From assembly GCF_006345805.1 (NCBI RefSeq), contig NC_043003.1:10044001-10108000 (forward strand): 64,000 bases of DNA, given 5' to 3'. The notes below the pieces were generated by a model. The model did no database searches, was not told the DNA's origin, and saw only the letters and a program-made list of their open reading frames with translations. The stretch is from Octopus sinensis (Eukaryota). Of this stretch, positions 26,103 to 39,124 are shown one piece after another. The stretch's first letter is position 1, and the number at the start of each line of letters is the position of its first letter. The position numbers and the translations under genes are program-made.

Positions 26103-28701
26103 TGCTTAGTATAGAGTAACTGTATTGACTGCTTAATATCTGTTTTTCTTAGCAGGGGGTGATGGTGTATGTTGTCTAATGTATTAAGCGGTGCGTTGTC
26201 AACGGTGTAGTGTGTACTGAGAAGGGGATAAGAAAAGGTGTAGGTATTGAGTCCGCGAACACGAGCATTCTGATAAGAAATTTTCTTCTCTCTGGAAGCT
26301 AGAGATGGATGATGCCGCATACTGAGCATCACCATAAATGGAGAAGCATTACCCTGAAAATGTTCCGCAAATCGATCAGCAAACTGGCGGCCACTTTAAA
26401 CTATGCAAATACATCGGCAAAGAGAGCATTTGAAACCGCAAGGAGCGTTTTCTAATGTATAACTGAAAACTTTGATGATTTAGCAGTGATTACTAAGTTT
26501 AGTGAGCGTGATGATATTGGAAAAAACGAACAAGAGTGAAAATGGGTGAGAGTAGGATCTGAGTGCGTCCAAAGAGAAATATTGTATCTCGGATTACCAA
26601 GAGGCTACAATGGATTATATATATACTTGAAAATGGTGCTATCCTCACATGGATAGCCAGCTTCAGCTTGATTATGTGAGACAATTTTCCTCATGTTATT
26701 CATACAGCCGAAAGTAGTTTAAATTAATACCTAATGAACAATTTCCTATATCTGTGGTTAGTGGGAAAATGTTTATGTATTCAATGTAGGAAGACTTTAT
26801 CTATGTGAAACTCAAAGTTTAGAGGGAAGTGTGTACAAACAAGTGATATTACAGCATCTTTTCTTTGTAAAACTGAGGCTCTGGTTCCTCTAATTTTATC
26901 CTTGGATCCGGTCTCATGTAGCACGGTGATATAGTAAGCAGTTGCCGATGTTTTTCTACTGGGTTTTCAATGCTAATGAGTATCATGGACCCGTATTTCT
27001 GTAATTACGCTTTTCATCTGATTTTCTAAATTATTTCAATTAGCTCTGCTTGAATCTAGTTTGACATACACGGATTCAATCATCGCTACAGAGTTTTCAT
27101 GGAGCAAATATCTGAAAAGTTAGAATGTCTTTCTTATTTTGTCTAAAGTGTACTTACTTAAGTTTTTGGGACATCAAACACGCCGTCTGAGTATTGAGAA
27201 AAATATGGCGGTGCCCAAGTGGAAGAGACATGAGACTAGATAGCTTCGAGGAAGAGAAGCCATTCTACAAGCGATAGACAAAATTATATACCTGTCAGCC
27301 AGTGGACGGTCTGTCGTCTGTTAGTGATTGAAACCCAGTTAGCTGAATGGCTCTTCTTTGGATGCAAGCCAGGATGTGGTGTGCATTGCTCGTTACTTTT
27401 TTAAAAGTATATTTATTAAAATAGGAATCGAACTAATGTGCTTGAAACCTTTTTTTTTTTTGTACTCCCAGTATCTTTATATTATCGGTATTCATTTGAT
27501 CGATGATAAAGCGAATGCAGGTCATGTTTACCACTCTTGGAGACTATTTCAGCAGTGCTTATATGCATAATTCTAATGAATTAATGAATGCTAAAGTATC
27601 TTCAGGAGCCGCAGTAAAATAAATGCCTTCATTTTAGTTTACTATTTCAGTGTAATAGATGTAAGGCACTTTGGAATGTCATTATCAGCGTGAGATTACC
27701 AAGTGTATTATTGCAATGAATAGAAATCAGTTCATGACAACGCTTCGACAAAAGCCTGACACTATTTTATGACATCTGTCAATCTAAGCCCCATATTTCA
27801 AAGGGCCGGAGAGAGAGTGGGGTTGATTATATGAGATTTCTAGTGTATTTGTGTTGTATTTGAATGAGAACACAAACCAGATTGGAAATTCAGTTCTAGA
27901 GGAACTTCTGTTTCTCTACACTCTAAACCAGACTTTTCACCCATTATACCACATATAGTCTGCAAATGTGCTACGAATTTTCAGCCGAACCGGAACATGT
28001 TCGTACATTTAGAAAGCTTTCTTGATTTTAATGCACAGCACAGGATATGATGTATTTATATTTTTCTTTATGGTCAAATGCAATGCATGCATCCATCTTG
28101 TTTAAGACAATTTTAGTAAACGGCTTTTATGTAGTAAATATTTTTGTGTTGGTCGTGTTCTACAACCATTTAATGCGGTATTCATTGATCCGTGAATCAA
28201 AAACTGTTGTAAAATACTTTTTAAGTAATAGCAATAAAACACATGAAAATAACAACAACATCAACTACAAAAACATGAACTATAATGTATCTTCATATCA
28301 AACATTATCATTTTTGCACGAGGGGAACATGCTAGTGGCCAAGTGATCAGGCTGCTGCTCTCATGGTCATGGGTTCAACTCCCGGAACAGGCGGCATGTT
28401 GTGTTCTCAACCAAACCACTTCACTTTACGTCGCTCTATTACTGTTTAGAAGCCGACATCTCAAAACGTAGAGTCAACGTTTTCTCTGGGTTTCATAAAA
28501 AGCGAATGAAAGAGGTTGAGGTAGAATCAGCACTCCGGTCTCGTTAAACCCTCGTCAATAACGATTACCCAAACAGACGCATGGGCTCAAGCGTTGACAC
28601 CTGAGTACTTCAAAGTGTCATCCTCCAGGTGTAGAGGGCCACCAATAAATGGTGGATGCAGCGACGCACTGTTACAGTGCATTCCACCTACTACTACTGA
28701 A

Positions 28702-28760
<59 letters not shown>

Positions 28761-29362
28761 GGCTGCTGCTGCTGCTGTTGTTGTTGTTGTTTTTAAGCAA
28801 CAAGACTGGTAAGGGTGATTAGGTGATGGTCTAGGGCTTAGGGGCGGGAGACCCCAGACCTTGGAAAAAAAAAAACTTTGGTCGTCTTGTTGTAGTCGTG
28901 GGCTCTTCATTGACGCCCGACACCACTGTGAGGTGGCCCTCGAAGTCGCTGGAAATGGAGATCTTCAGGTCCAAATTCTTGGACGGCTGCAGCTGCTGCT
29001 GTTGTTCCTACTACTAATAATAATACTACTACTACTACTACTATTGAATATGCAACTCAGTACTTGACTGGTACTTGGATTTTCAGCGGATGAGTCAAAG
29101 TTAACATCAATTAGTTAAAACTCAGAACCGACGTCGTTATAATTGTCGTCTCGGTCACCGCCGCCACCACAGCAACATTATCGTCTTCGTCGTCATCTTC
29201 CTCCTCATCCTTCTCCTCATCCTCATCATCATCTTCAAAAACAGTGTCATCGTTGCCTTATGTAAACATTGCAGATAAATGTAAACAAATTTATGGAAAT
29301 TAGAATGATAATAAAGAGAGACAGAACATAACATGAAACAGACAAAAAAAGTCAGTGATTCA

Positions 29363-29487
29363 AAGAAGAAGAAGAAGAAGAAGAAGAAGAAGAAGAAGAA
29401 GAAGAAGAAGAAGAAGAAGAAGAAGAAGAAGAAGAAGAAGAAGAAGAAGAAGAAGAAGAAGAAGAAGAAGAAGAAGAAGAAGAAGAT
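29363..29487. repeat. (GAA)n microsatellite, ~40 units
   Basis: Direct reading. Confidence 0.95.
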
Positions 29488-29779
29488 GAGGAGAAGGGCG
29501 GAGGCGAGGCGAGGCGAATAAGAGCAATAGCAACGATTTGAATAGCAATGAAATTCTATGAATGAAAGTCGGAGCAGAATCTGAAAGCGCATTCACTTGA
29601 GGGCAAAAATATACAACGATAAAACAAAGAAAAAAAGAGACAGAAACTTTGTTGGTTACTTTGATTTTAATGTCAACATTAACGAATGATCGAACATTTT
29701 AATGTCTTGGTAGCAGGAAAGCATTAGATTATAAAGAAAAAACAACACCATCTTAGTGAAGAAATAGATGCACTTCTAA

Positions 29780-29823
<44 letters not shown>

Positions 29824-30034
29824 TATTATTATATAGAAATACTACGACGAGACACTCGTATCAAAACACAGACAAGCAACTAGTGTATTAAATTCTTTCA
29901 ACGTTTCATTTTTATGCGGTGAAGTTCTTAAATCGTTTCGTGAGCTTAATGCCAAAATGTAGTTCTAGATTTCATAGTTAAAAATATAACAACAACAACA
30001 ACAACAACAGCAATAATATTAATAATAATAACAA

Positions 30035-30615
30035 GTTGTGACACCACGATCAGGTGGTAGCAAAAGTGCTACATTGGAAAATGTAAAAGAGGGGGCTAGA
30101 GAGAGGCAAGACGTGGTATGAGCACAAACCTCAGAGAATGGCGGAGTCGGAGACTAGCAAAATCCTCTGGGATTTCCCAATCCAAACAGATCAGGTGCTA
30201 ATACACCGAATCTAGTGGTGGTGGACAAGGTGCACCACATATGCTATATAATTCATGTTGTATGCCCCTTTGACCCACGAATAGTCACGAAGGAGAACGG
30301 AAAGATAGATAAATACAACGCTCTTAAGTACGAAATGGCCCGGCTATGGAAAATGAAGACGGTAAAGATGGTGCCAATTATTGTTGGGTGCTTGGGAACA
30401 GTATCAGAAGGCGTCAAGGGAAATATAGAGGAAATTGGAATAGAGTACCCTGTAGAACTGTTACAAAAGGTGTGCGTCCTTCGCACGGCCAGATTAATCA
30501 GGAAAGTATTAGATAGCTGAAAAGAACGGATAGCATGGTACCGTATGCTACAGGTAGCAAGTCAGCTACCCATGCTAGACTCCAGGAGCTCCAGCCAAAC
30601 CTGTGAAGAAGAGAA
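30035..30615 (+). mobile_element. 5'-truncated R4/Dong-like LINE fragment (REL domain) ending in (TAA)n
   Basis: HDQVVAKVLHW..KILWDFPIQTD..PFD..KIDKYNALKYEMARLW..VPIIVGCLG, followed by a long (TAA)n. Confidence 0.8.
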
Positions 30616-30624
30616 ATAATAATA

Positions 30625-30738
<114 letters not shown>

Positions 30739-30883
30739 TATAAATGTAAAGATAAGCGAGTTAAGGATGTCAATAAACAATGTATATTAAATACATGAAA
30801 TACGAAAATTGTTTACATACATAAACGCCCGACTTACACAAAATAAAAATGATGTCAAGAATTAAAGTTGTTGACGAAAAGTA

Positions 30884-31109
30884 CAGTAATCCCTCGACTA
30901 TCGCGAAAGGTGAAAATCCGCGAAGTCGAAACAGTACAGTACTGTATACATATATATCTATTATTTTTATGATTTGTATATATTTATTTTATACTAAACG
31001 CAAAACAACGTCACAGAGGAATCGATGTAAGCTTAAATGATAAACCGCGGTAGTGAACCGCGATATCTGAACCGCGAAGGTTGAACCGCAATATGCCGAG
31101 TGATTTCTG
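30884..31109. mobile_element. Tigger/pogo-type MITE
   Basis: TA|CAGTAATCCCTCG ... CGAGTGATTTCTG|TA: imperfect TIRs with a TA TSD. Confidence 0.75.
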
Positions 31110-31478
31110 TATTACAAGTTCAAAAGCTGTTGCTGGGGCTTCGGTGGTCTAAAATAATATTTGTAGATTGATTCTACTATAGGATGCGATGAACGTCAAC
31201 CTTCGGGGTTGTGAACTTACATTTGAGATGTTGACATCAACCCATTTAATACTAAAATTCAACCCCTTAAATTCTTTTATCGGTATGCTGGGCCTTTTTG
31301 CACGTAAACATATATTAATTTTGTTTGTATTTCATGTATTTAAAATACTTTGTACATCGACCCGCCTAACACTCAATCCTTGCATTTACTTCGCTACTCG
31401 CTCAAGGTTAAACCTCTTGAGCGAGTGTTCTATACAAAGTGAATATCTGATTTTCAACTATGAACTATATATATATAC

Positions 31479-31543
<65 letters not shown>

Positions 31544-32308
31544 TATAGAACAATAGTCAACAATTACAAATCCTACATGCGCAATGACCCAGAGAATTCA
31601 GCATTTCAAATGGAGATATACATTTTACAGTACAATTTTAATGTTTCAACTTATGAATTGTAGTGTATGTCATATTCAATTTTTCTAGATCGCAAGATAA
31701 ACCTCTTAACAGAATGACTAATAAAACCTTTGAAAGTAGACTAACCGTGAAGTCCTCTATAACGTCGTATCATAAAGATCGTCAAAATTACAGACTCAAT
31801 TTAATGGTTCTTGAACATCTATGCAATCATTTGAATTTTACTTTGAAGGGAAGACTGAAATATTTCTTATCTTTTGAATTATCGAATTATACCTCATTTC
31901 TTATTTAATTCATGAGATAGTAATTCTCTGTTAGCAATAACAACAACTGCGTGGCATCGCGTTTCTTATATGAAATCTTTGAATGGTTATCACCTGAATC
32001 CTAATAAATAGAAATCTAAACTCTGTTACAAACACATGATCTTTAGAAGTTCTTCAAAGTGCTGCATTAGTGGGGAGTGCAGGGTTGGAAAGAGAGAATT
32101 CAATTCTCTGATGCAATTGTTCAAGAGCTTGCGGGTAAAATTAGCTGTTTGCTTCAATAAATATACTGAATAGTTAAATCCTTGGTTCGATGTATCTGTT
32201 CTCTCACAGAACACTTGTATCCAAAATATGCGCGTTGTTTCCTGTAAGGTACGTCTTCATGTGCCCTGAGATATACCGAGCTGTGCCCTGAGATATATCT
32301 AGGTGTAC

Positions 32309-32399
<91 letters not shown>

Positions 32400-32744
32400 A
32401 GAGGAAAGATTTTAATAAGGCTGAATTGAAAGTAATTTTAATAAAAATGGAAGTATGGAAAATTAAAAAAGAAAAAAATAATAAATCAAACCGATTTTCA
32501 TTGCAACGCAAATTTTCAAGATTTGGAAGGAGAAAAGAAAAGGCATGCATATACAAGGAAAATTGGAAAATCACATGTCATTAAATTTCTGGTTCAATAA
32601 TTGTTTATTTTCATCAACATGAAGCTTTGGGTTCCAGAAAGCATAAGAGTTTAACCACTTCTTTGATTTTTGAGTATTTATTCTTCCGCTACATTAATAA
32701 TACATCACGTTTATGTGTATGCGTGTGTGTTTGTGTGTGAGTGG

Positions 32745-33120
32745 TGGAGGCGCAATGGCCCAGTGGCTAGGGCAGTGGACTCGCGGGCGTATGATCGCGG
32801 TTTCGATTTCCAGACCGGGCGTTGTGAGTGTTTATTGAGCGAAAACACTTAAAGCTCCTCAGGGCTCCGACAAGGGGTGATATGAACCCTGCTGTACTCT
32901 TTCACCACAAATTTCTCTTACACTTTTTTCCTGTTTCTCTTGTATCTGTATTTCAAAGGGCCACCCTTGTCACACTCTCTCTCACGCTGAATCTCGCCGA
33001 GAACTAAGTTTACACGTGTCTGTGGAGTGCTCAGCCACTTGCACGTTAATTTCACGAGTAGGCTGTTCGTTGATCGGATCAACTGCAGCCCTCATCGTTG
33101 TAACCGACGGAGTGCCACAA
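32745..33120 (+). mobile_element. tRNA-derived SINE (family D)
   Basis: GGAGGCGCAATGGCCCAGTGGCTAGGGC (A-box) and GGTTTCGATTTCC (B-box) head followed by a non-tRNA body. Confidence 0.75.
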
Positions 33121-33231
33121 GTGTGTGTGTGAGCGCTCGTTTGTGAGTTTGCATGTTATTTGCATTACACAGTGTTAGTAAAATATCTGTCTATCTCTCT
33201 CTATATATATATATACATACATATATATATA

Positions 33232-33450
33232 TATGAATAAAAAAATGGAGTTAACAACAGAAAGTAAAAATATTTTAACTCCATTTTTTACTCATATTAT
33301 TCAAAATATTCAACGTAAACACGAAGTTTCTACCTTTATAAACAAGGAGTTACAACACCTTTACTTGTGAGATTTTTGCTGCCCTGGTAACTATTTATTT
33401 ATTTTTCCGTGTTAATTGTTAACAAGGTAAAATACACTCATCTATTTACA
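33232..33450. mobile_element. (TA)n-embedded short fold-back derivative of the Penelope-like element at 62268-63252
   Basis: Begins ATGAATAAAAAAATGGAGTTAAC and ends AAAATACACTCATCTATTTA, like 62268 and 63252. Internal inverted copy TTAACTCCATTTTTTACTCAT. Confidence 0.75.
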
Positions 33451-33489
33451 TATATATATATATATATATATAATATATATATATATATA

Positions 33490-33543
<54 letters not shown>

Positions 33544-34118
33544 GGGAGAGAGAGAGAGAGAGAGTAAGAGAGAGAGAGATTACGGAAAATAGACCGTCCT
33601 AAAATTTAGATATTTAAAAAGTGGCCCCAAAAACCCGACTTGTTAGTTGAGAAAAGAAATAGATAGTATCTGCCCTATAAGTGTTAGGGAGAGATTGAAA
33701 GCCAGATATTGAGAAAGGGAACCAAAAATCGAATAAGAATAGAAGAGACATCTGTAAGAAAAAATTGGCTTTAAAGTATTGATAACTGGAGGAATATAAA
33801 TATTTATATATATTGATAAGGAATGAAAATATATGGATATATGTATGTGTGTATATATATTAGAAGAAATGAGGTACTCAGAAATTTGGATTCACAGATA
33901 TTTATTAATATGTCACATGTTTTTATAAATCATTTATTAGCGCTTGCGTCCACTCTAGTGGAATCGTGCATGTATATAGTATGTATGTAAACATTCATGC
34001 ATGCATGTATGTATGTCATTATTCAGTTTGTTTCAAGATTTTTTGCCAAAAGAACTCATTTCCAACATAGATCTAACATTGATCCAACAATAGGGTATTT
34101 TTGTTTGTAGGTATATAT

Positions 34119-34183
<65 letters not shown>

Positions 34184-34184
<1 letters not shown>

Positions 34185-34523
34185 AGAAAATATTAGGGAA
34201 TAAATCCAAACTTACAGGGGAAAATCAGATTTAGGATTGAATCCAATTTTATAGTGAAATATATTATATTAAATTAGAGATAAAACCACTATTAGGCAAA
34301 TCATACAATGAAAAACTTAAGCCAATACATAAGATTTATTAATTATATTATTTTAAATATATATCAAAATTATTAAAAAAACGATCGTAGTGTTATACTA
34401 ATTATCTTTTTTTAATAATTTTGATATATATTTAAAATAATACAAATTAATTAATCTTATGTATTGGCTTAAGTTTTCATTGTATGATTTGCCTAATAGT
34501 GGTTTTATCTCTAATTTAATATA

Positions 34524-34525
<2 letters not shown>
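34184..34525. mobile_element. (TA)n-embedded fold-back element (same family as 63310-63703; single arm at ~10790-10905)
   Basis: ~120-bp inverted arms (34263-~34380 / ~34405-34525). The centre retains AAACGATCGTAGTG, the 3' half of the HHR at 63546. Confidence 0.85.
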
Positions 34526-34563
<38 letters not shown>

Positions 34564-34814
34564 ATGTATGTATGTATGTATGTATGTATGTATGTATGTA
34601 TGTGTGCATGTCTGTATATGCGCATGTTCGCATGCATATGTGTGTATGTCTGAGTGAGCATGGCCTTCCCACAATGCTCGCTGTTCATTAGTCTGTTGTT
34701 GAATATAAACTTATCCATTAAAAACCCTTTTTTTTTTAGCACTCACACACGCATATTTATATATACGAACATGTCGATAGTGAAGGGAACTTCCCCTCCA
34801 CTAATCCCCTATAG

Positions 34815-34992
34815 AATGATTTGGTTGTGTTGCAGTCGCTCAAGGTCGACCCGAGACAGCATAGTTGCGCGAGTGCAATTCGAAGGTCGCTGTGCCATAC
34901 GCCCTACATCGGCCTCTTTTTGATCCGCGACTGTAGTTCAGTTATGGAGACGAGCGGCGGAAAAAGTGCGCCTCACAAACGGCGACCTTCAA
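34815..34992 (+). other. Candidate host-gene exon (178 bp)
   Basis: Branch-like CTAAT plus CCCCTATAG acceptor and AA|GTAAGT donor. GC-rich against the background. One frame is open throughout (NDLVVLQSLKV...[16 protein letters not shown]). No recognisable product. Confidence 0.45.
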
Positions 34993-34997
34993 GTAAG

Positions 34998-35223
<226 letters not shown>

Positions 35224-35638
35224 CTATATTACTAAATATGTGAAAGTAAATGAACTCTTATTATTAAAATGATTTGCGAAGCTTGAGGTGATAAGCTTAG
35301 GAATAAGATATGAAAATTAGGGTGAATTTATAGAAAGACGTGTAATAGTTCCATGGATACACGTCTTTTATTGTTGATACCGTTTCCATAATTAAGATCT
35401 TTACTGAGATACAAGTGGAAATGATTATCGTAATTAGCCTAAGATGATGATCAGTGGAGGCTGACGTTATAGAAGTGATTCTATTGGTGAAGATGCTGGG
35501 GGAAAATGCAGATGTGTTTATGAAGATGACGGTGACGGTTGTGGTGTTAGAAGAGAAGCTGTGGACATTGAAGATTTACTGGTGGATATGACCATAGTTA
35601 TAAGGGATTAATACGTTTTGGCTACATTAGAAAATTAT

Positions 35639-36050
35639 AGGCGTAGGAGCGGCTGTGTGGTAAGTAGCTTGCTTACCAACCACATGGTTCCGGGTTCAGT
35701 CCCACTACGTGGCACCTTGGGCAAGTGTCTTCTACTATAGCCTCAGGCCGACCAAAACCTTGTGAGTGGATTTGGTAGACGGAAACTGAAAGCCCGCGTA
35801 TATACGTATATCTACATATGTACGCGTGTGCGTATATGTTTGTGTGTCGGTGTTTGTCCCCCCAACATCGCTTGGCAACCGATGCTGGTGTGTTTACGTC
35901 CCCTTAATTTAGCGGTTCGGTAAAAAGAGACCGATAGAATAAGTACTAGGCTTACAAAGATTAAGTCCTGGGGTCGATTTGCTGGACTAAAGGCAGTGGT
36001 CCCACATGGCCACAGTTAAATGACTGAAACAAGTAAAAGAGTAAGAGAGT
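35639..36050 (+). mobile_element. tRNA-derived SINE (family B)
   Basis: Matches 13902-14330. Confidence 0.85.
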
Positions 36051-36069
36051 ATTGTTTTCTTATTTTCTA

Positions 36070-36535
36070 TCTATTACTTGTTTCAGTTATTGTATTATGG
36101 TCATGCTGGAGCACCACCTTGAAAGGTTCAGTCGAACATGTTGTCCCCAGATGATATTATTTTTGAAAGTCTTTTTACTTATTTTATGGGATACTTTTGC
36201 CGGAACGCTAATACAAAGGGGACGGTGAGAAACCAGCACCGGTTGTCAAGCGCTGGAGGGGACAAACACAGACACAAGGACTCATATATACACGTAACAC
36301 ACAAATACACATACATCATACACATAGAAGCACACACGCACACACACACACATACAACAACAACAACAACAACAACAACATACACAAACGCACGTATATA
36401 TACGGGTTTCCTCATAGTTGGTCTAACAAATTCAATCACAGCCCGAAGCTATACTAGATGACACTTGCTGAAGGGACGTTGAACAGTGGGGCTGAACCCG
36501 AAACCACAAGTTTGTAAAGCGAACTTGTTATCTAC
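36070..36535 (-). mobile_element. Diverged family-B SINE, tail-to-tail with 35639-36050
   Basis: TTACTTGTTTCAGT..CATGCTGGAGCACC..GGGGCTGAACCCGAAACCAC. Confidence 0.7.
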
Positions 36536-36598
36536 AAAGTCGGTTTATGTAGTGGTGGCAGAGGAAAACCATATAGAGGTGTTGATATTTTGTTATGT

Positions 36599-36729
36599 CT
36601 AGGGAGCGTCATCATGCCAATATTATTAACAACACACACGCACTGGTTCAATTCCACTCATTTATTTTTGTTTTTGTTTGCTTCTTGCAACCTTTTCAAA
36701 GAACTTTGACAAACAACAACAACGACAAA

Positions 36730-36781
<52 letters not shown>

Positions 36782-36840
36782 GATGAGTGAAATTGAACCA
36801 GTGCGTGTGTTATCTATATTGGCATAATGACTCTCCCTAA
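36599..36840. repeat. ~60-bp inverted repeats flanking an (AAT)n tract; MITE-like
   Basis: AGGGAGCGTCATCATGCCAATAT..CACACGCACTGGTTCAATTCCACTCAT / ATGAGTGAAATTGAACCAGTGCGTGTG..ATATTGGCATAATGACTCTCCCT. Confidence 0.75.
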
Positions 36841-37659
36841 ACACTACAAAATTTGTTTCAAGACGCCAATTCACATAAAGAATCTCGCAAACCAGGTACA
36901 AAAACCAAGGTACAACCATCTCGTCTGCGTTTTTGGAGTAAGCATGGCGTTTAGGAGCAAGCATGGCAAAGTTAAAAAGCTTTCATTGTAACCACATGGT
37001 TTCGGGTTCAGTCCCACTGCGCAGCAACTTAAGCAAGTGTCTCCTATTGTAGCCCCCGGCCGACTAATGCCTTGTGAGTAAATGAGACTGACAGCCGGTG
37101 TTAGTTTATTTGCATCCCCGTAACTTTGTGGTTCAGCACACGCTACCGATAGGTTATGTTCCAGCCTTCAAAAATTATTAGTATTGCAATCGATACGTTC
37201 GATTTAAACCTTTCAAGGCGCTTTCAAGGCCTTTCAAGGTGCCCCAGCATGACCGCAGTCCACTGACAGAAACAAGTAAACGATAAAAGACGGAGGATCT
37301 AATAGTTTTAGCAGCAGAAGTAGTAGAGCAAAATGCAACGAAGACAGTTCGGGTAGTAGTAGTATTAGTGAGGTCTTAGTGAAGAATGGGGAGAAATGAT
37401 GTGGCGGTGGTAGTTGTGTTTGTAGTGAAGACGAGTGAGGTCTAGTGTCACTAATCTTTATGGTGTTCGTGCGGATTATTATTGTTCTTGTTCATGGTTT
37501 AATGGAATTTGCTGGTGCTTCCATTGAAGATAATGGTTTGCTGTTATGGTATTTCGCTCATTTGAAGTGGTTGTGTATAAAGAAAGTTGATTAGAGATAT
37601 CGCCGAGTTGGTGTTGTTTTGAAGTGATCGAAGAGCTGGATGGATGGCAAGGCGTTTCA

Positions 37660-37695
37660 CTGATGGTAACGAAGATGCTGGAGAAGTCCGTGCTG

Positions 37696-37727
<32 letters not shown>

Positions 37728-38560
37728 CCTGTTGGTGCTGGTTCCTATAAGGAGAGGATTTTTTTGACTATTGATGTCATTAGTGATAGGAGTGGTGTAA
37801 TGGAAAGATGGTGTTGGGTCGAGCGATAATAGGATGCAGATGGCGTCTTTCATAAAAGATGATAATGACGATGATGATGGTGGTGGTGGTGGTGGTGGTA
37901 TTCGTGATGATGGTGAGGATGATGAGGATGATGTTGATGATGATGATGAGGAGGAGGAGGATGACGACAATGACAATAATGATGAATGCGATGACAATGA
38001 TGGTGATGATGATTAGATGACGATGATGATGATGATGGTGACGATGATGGCGACGACGACAACAACAACGATGACGACGATGTTGATGATGATGATGAGG
38101 AGGAAGAAGACGTCTACGACGACGAGGAGAATGATGAGGATGACGACGACGGCGATGAGGACGATGTTGGTGAGGAAGAGGAATGGAATAATTGCGATGG
38201 TGATGATTATGAGGAGGAGGAAGAGGAGGGGGACGAGAAGGAGAAGGAGGATGACTACAACGACAATGATGATGATGATTGCGATGACGATCAAAATGAT
38301 GATGATGATTATGATGACGATGATGACAATGATAGTGACGACGATGATGATGACAACTTCAACGACAACGAAGACGTTAATGATGAGGAGAAGAAGGACG
38401 ACGAAGAGGAGGACGGTGAGGATGTTGGTGAGGAGGAGGATCAAGAGAGAGAGGGGATAATTGCGATGATGATGATGATGATGATGACGGCGACAACGAC
38501 GTTGATGTTATGATGTTGATGGGGTTGAGGAAGATAATGATGGTAACGGTGGTGTGGTGG
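37660..38560. repeat. Cryptic (GAT/GAC/GAG/GGT)n triplet low-complexity region
   Basis: Direct reading. Confidence 0.85.
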
Positions 38561-38854
38561 TGGCTTCATAGTGGCAATTAGTCGTAAACTAATTTTCTTT
38601 TATTAGTATAACGCAATCACATACCTCCATCTAGGCAATGTCATATAAATACATTTAGTAGCTCAAAAAATTTATCATAAGTTCGGTTGATTGTGTTGTT
38701 CCATTACAAATAAAGCCAAAATTCGAAGACTACACAGAATTTAGAATCGTAGATTTAATGAGAGAAATGACAGAACTTTTAACTAAAATAATCTAATAAA
38801 AAGTTAGAACAAGAATCAATGAAGATGAAAATCAAGTACAAAGTAGTTCTACAT

Positions 38855-39030
38855 TTAAGAGATGAGGAATTATGAACATTATTTACATTATTTACATTTG
38901 ATGGATATTTGTCCTCATCTTGTTTGTTGTTAACACAACGTTTCAGCTGATATACCCTCCAGCCTTAATTAGGTGTCTTGGGGAAATTTCGAACCTGGGT
39001 TCTCATTCATAACGTGTTTTTTGATGTTGT
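38855..39030 (-). mobile_element. HHR-bearing repeat arm (core decayed in this copy); left part of an element split by the Dong-like LINE
   Basis: Matches 44880-45030 and the inverted copy at 42160-42305. Confidence 0.75.
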
Positions 39031-39083
39031 TATTATTATTATTATTATTACTATTATTATTATTATTATCATTATTATTATTA

Positions 39084-39123
<40 letters not shown>

Positions 39124-39124
39124 T

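Noticed and set aside
29155-29596. Poly-K/poly-F/poly-L ORFs
   Set aside because: (GAA)n microsatellite.
32745-32825. tRNA gene
   Set aside because: The tRNA-like head continues into a SINE body and no convincing cloverleaf or terminator is present. The same applies to the other SINE heads.
37834-38460. Asp/Glu-rich or Met/Thr-rich ORFs resembling acidic biomineralisation proteins
   Set aside because: Cryptic triplet repeat that is open in several frames on both strands. A stop and frame change occur at ~38016, and there are no clear splice signals or signal peptide.
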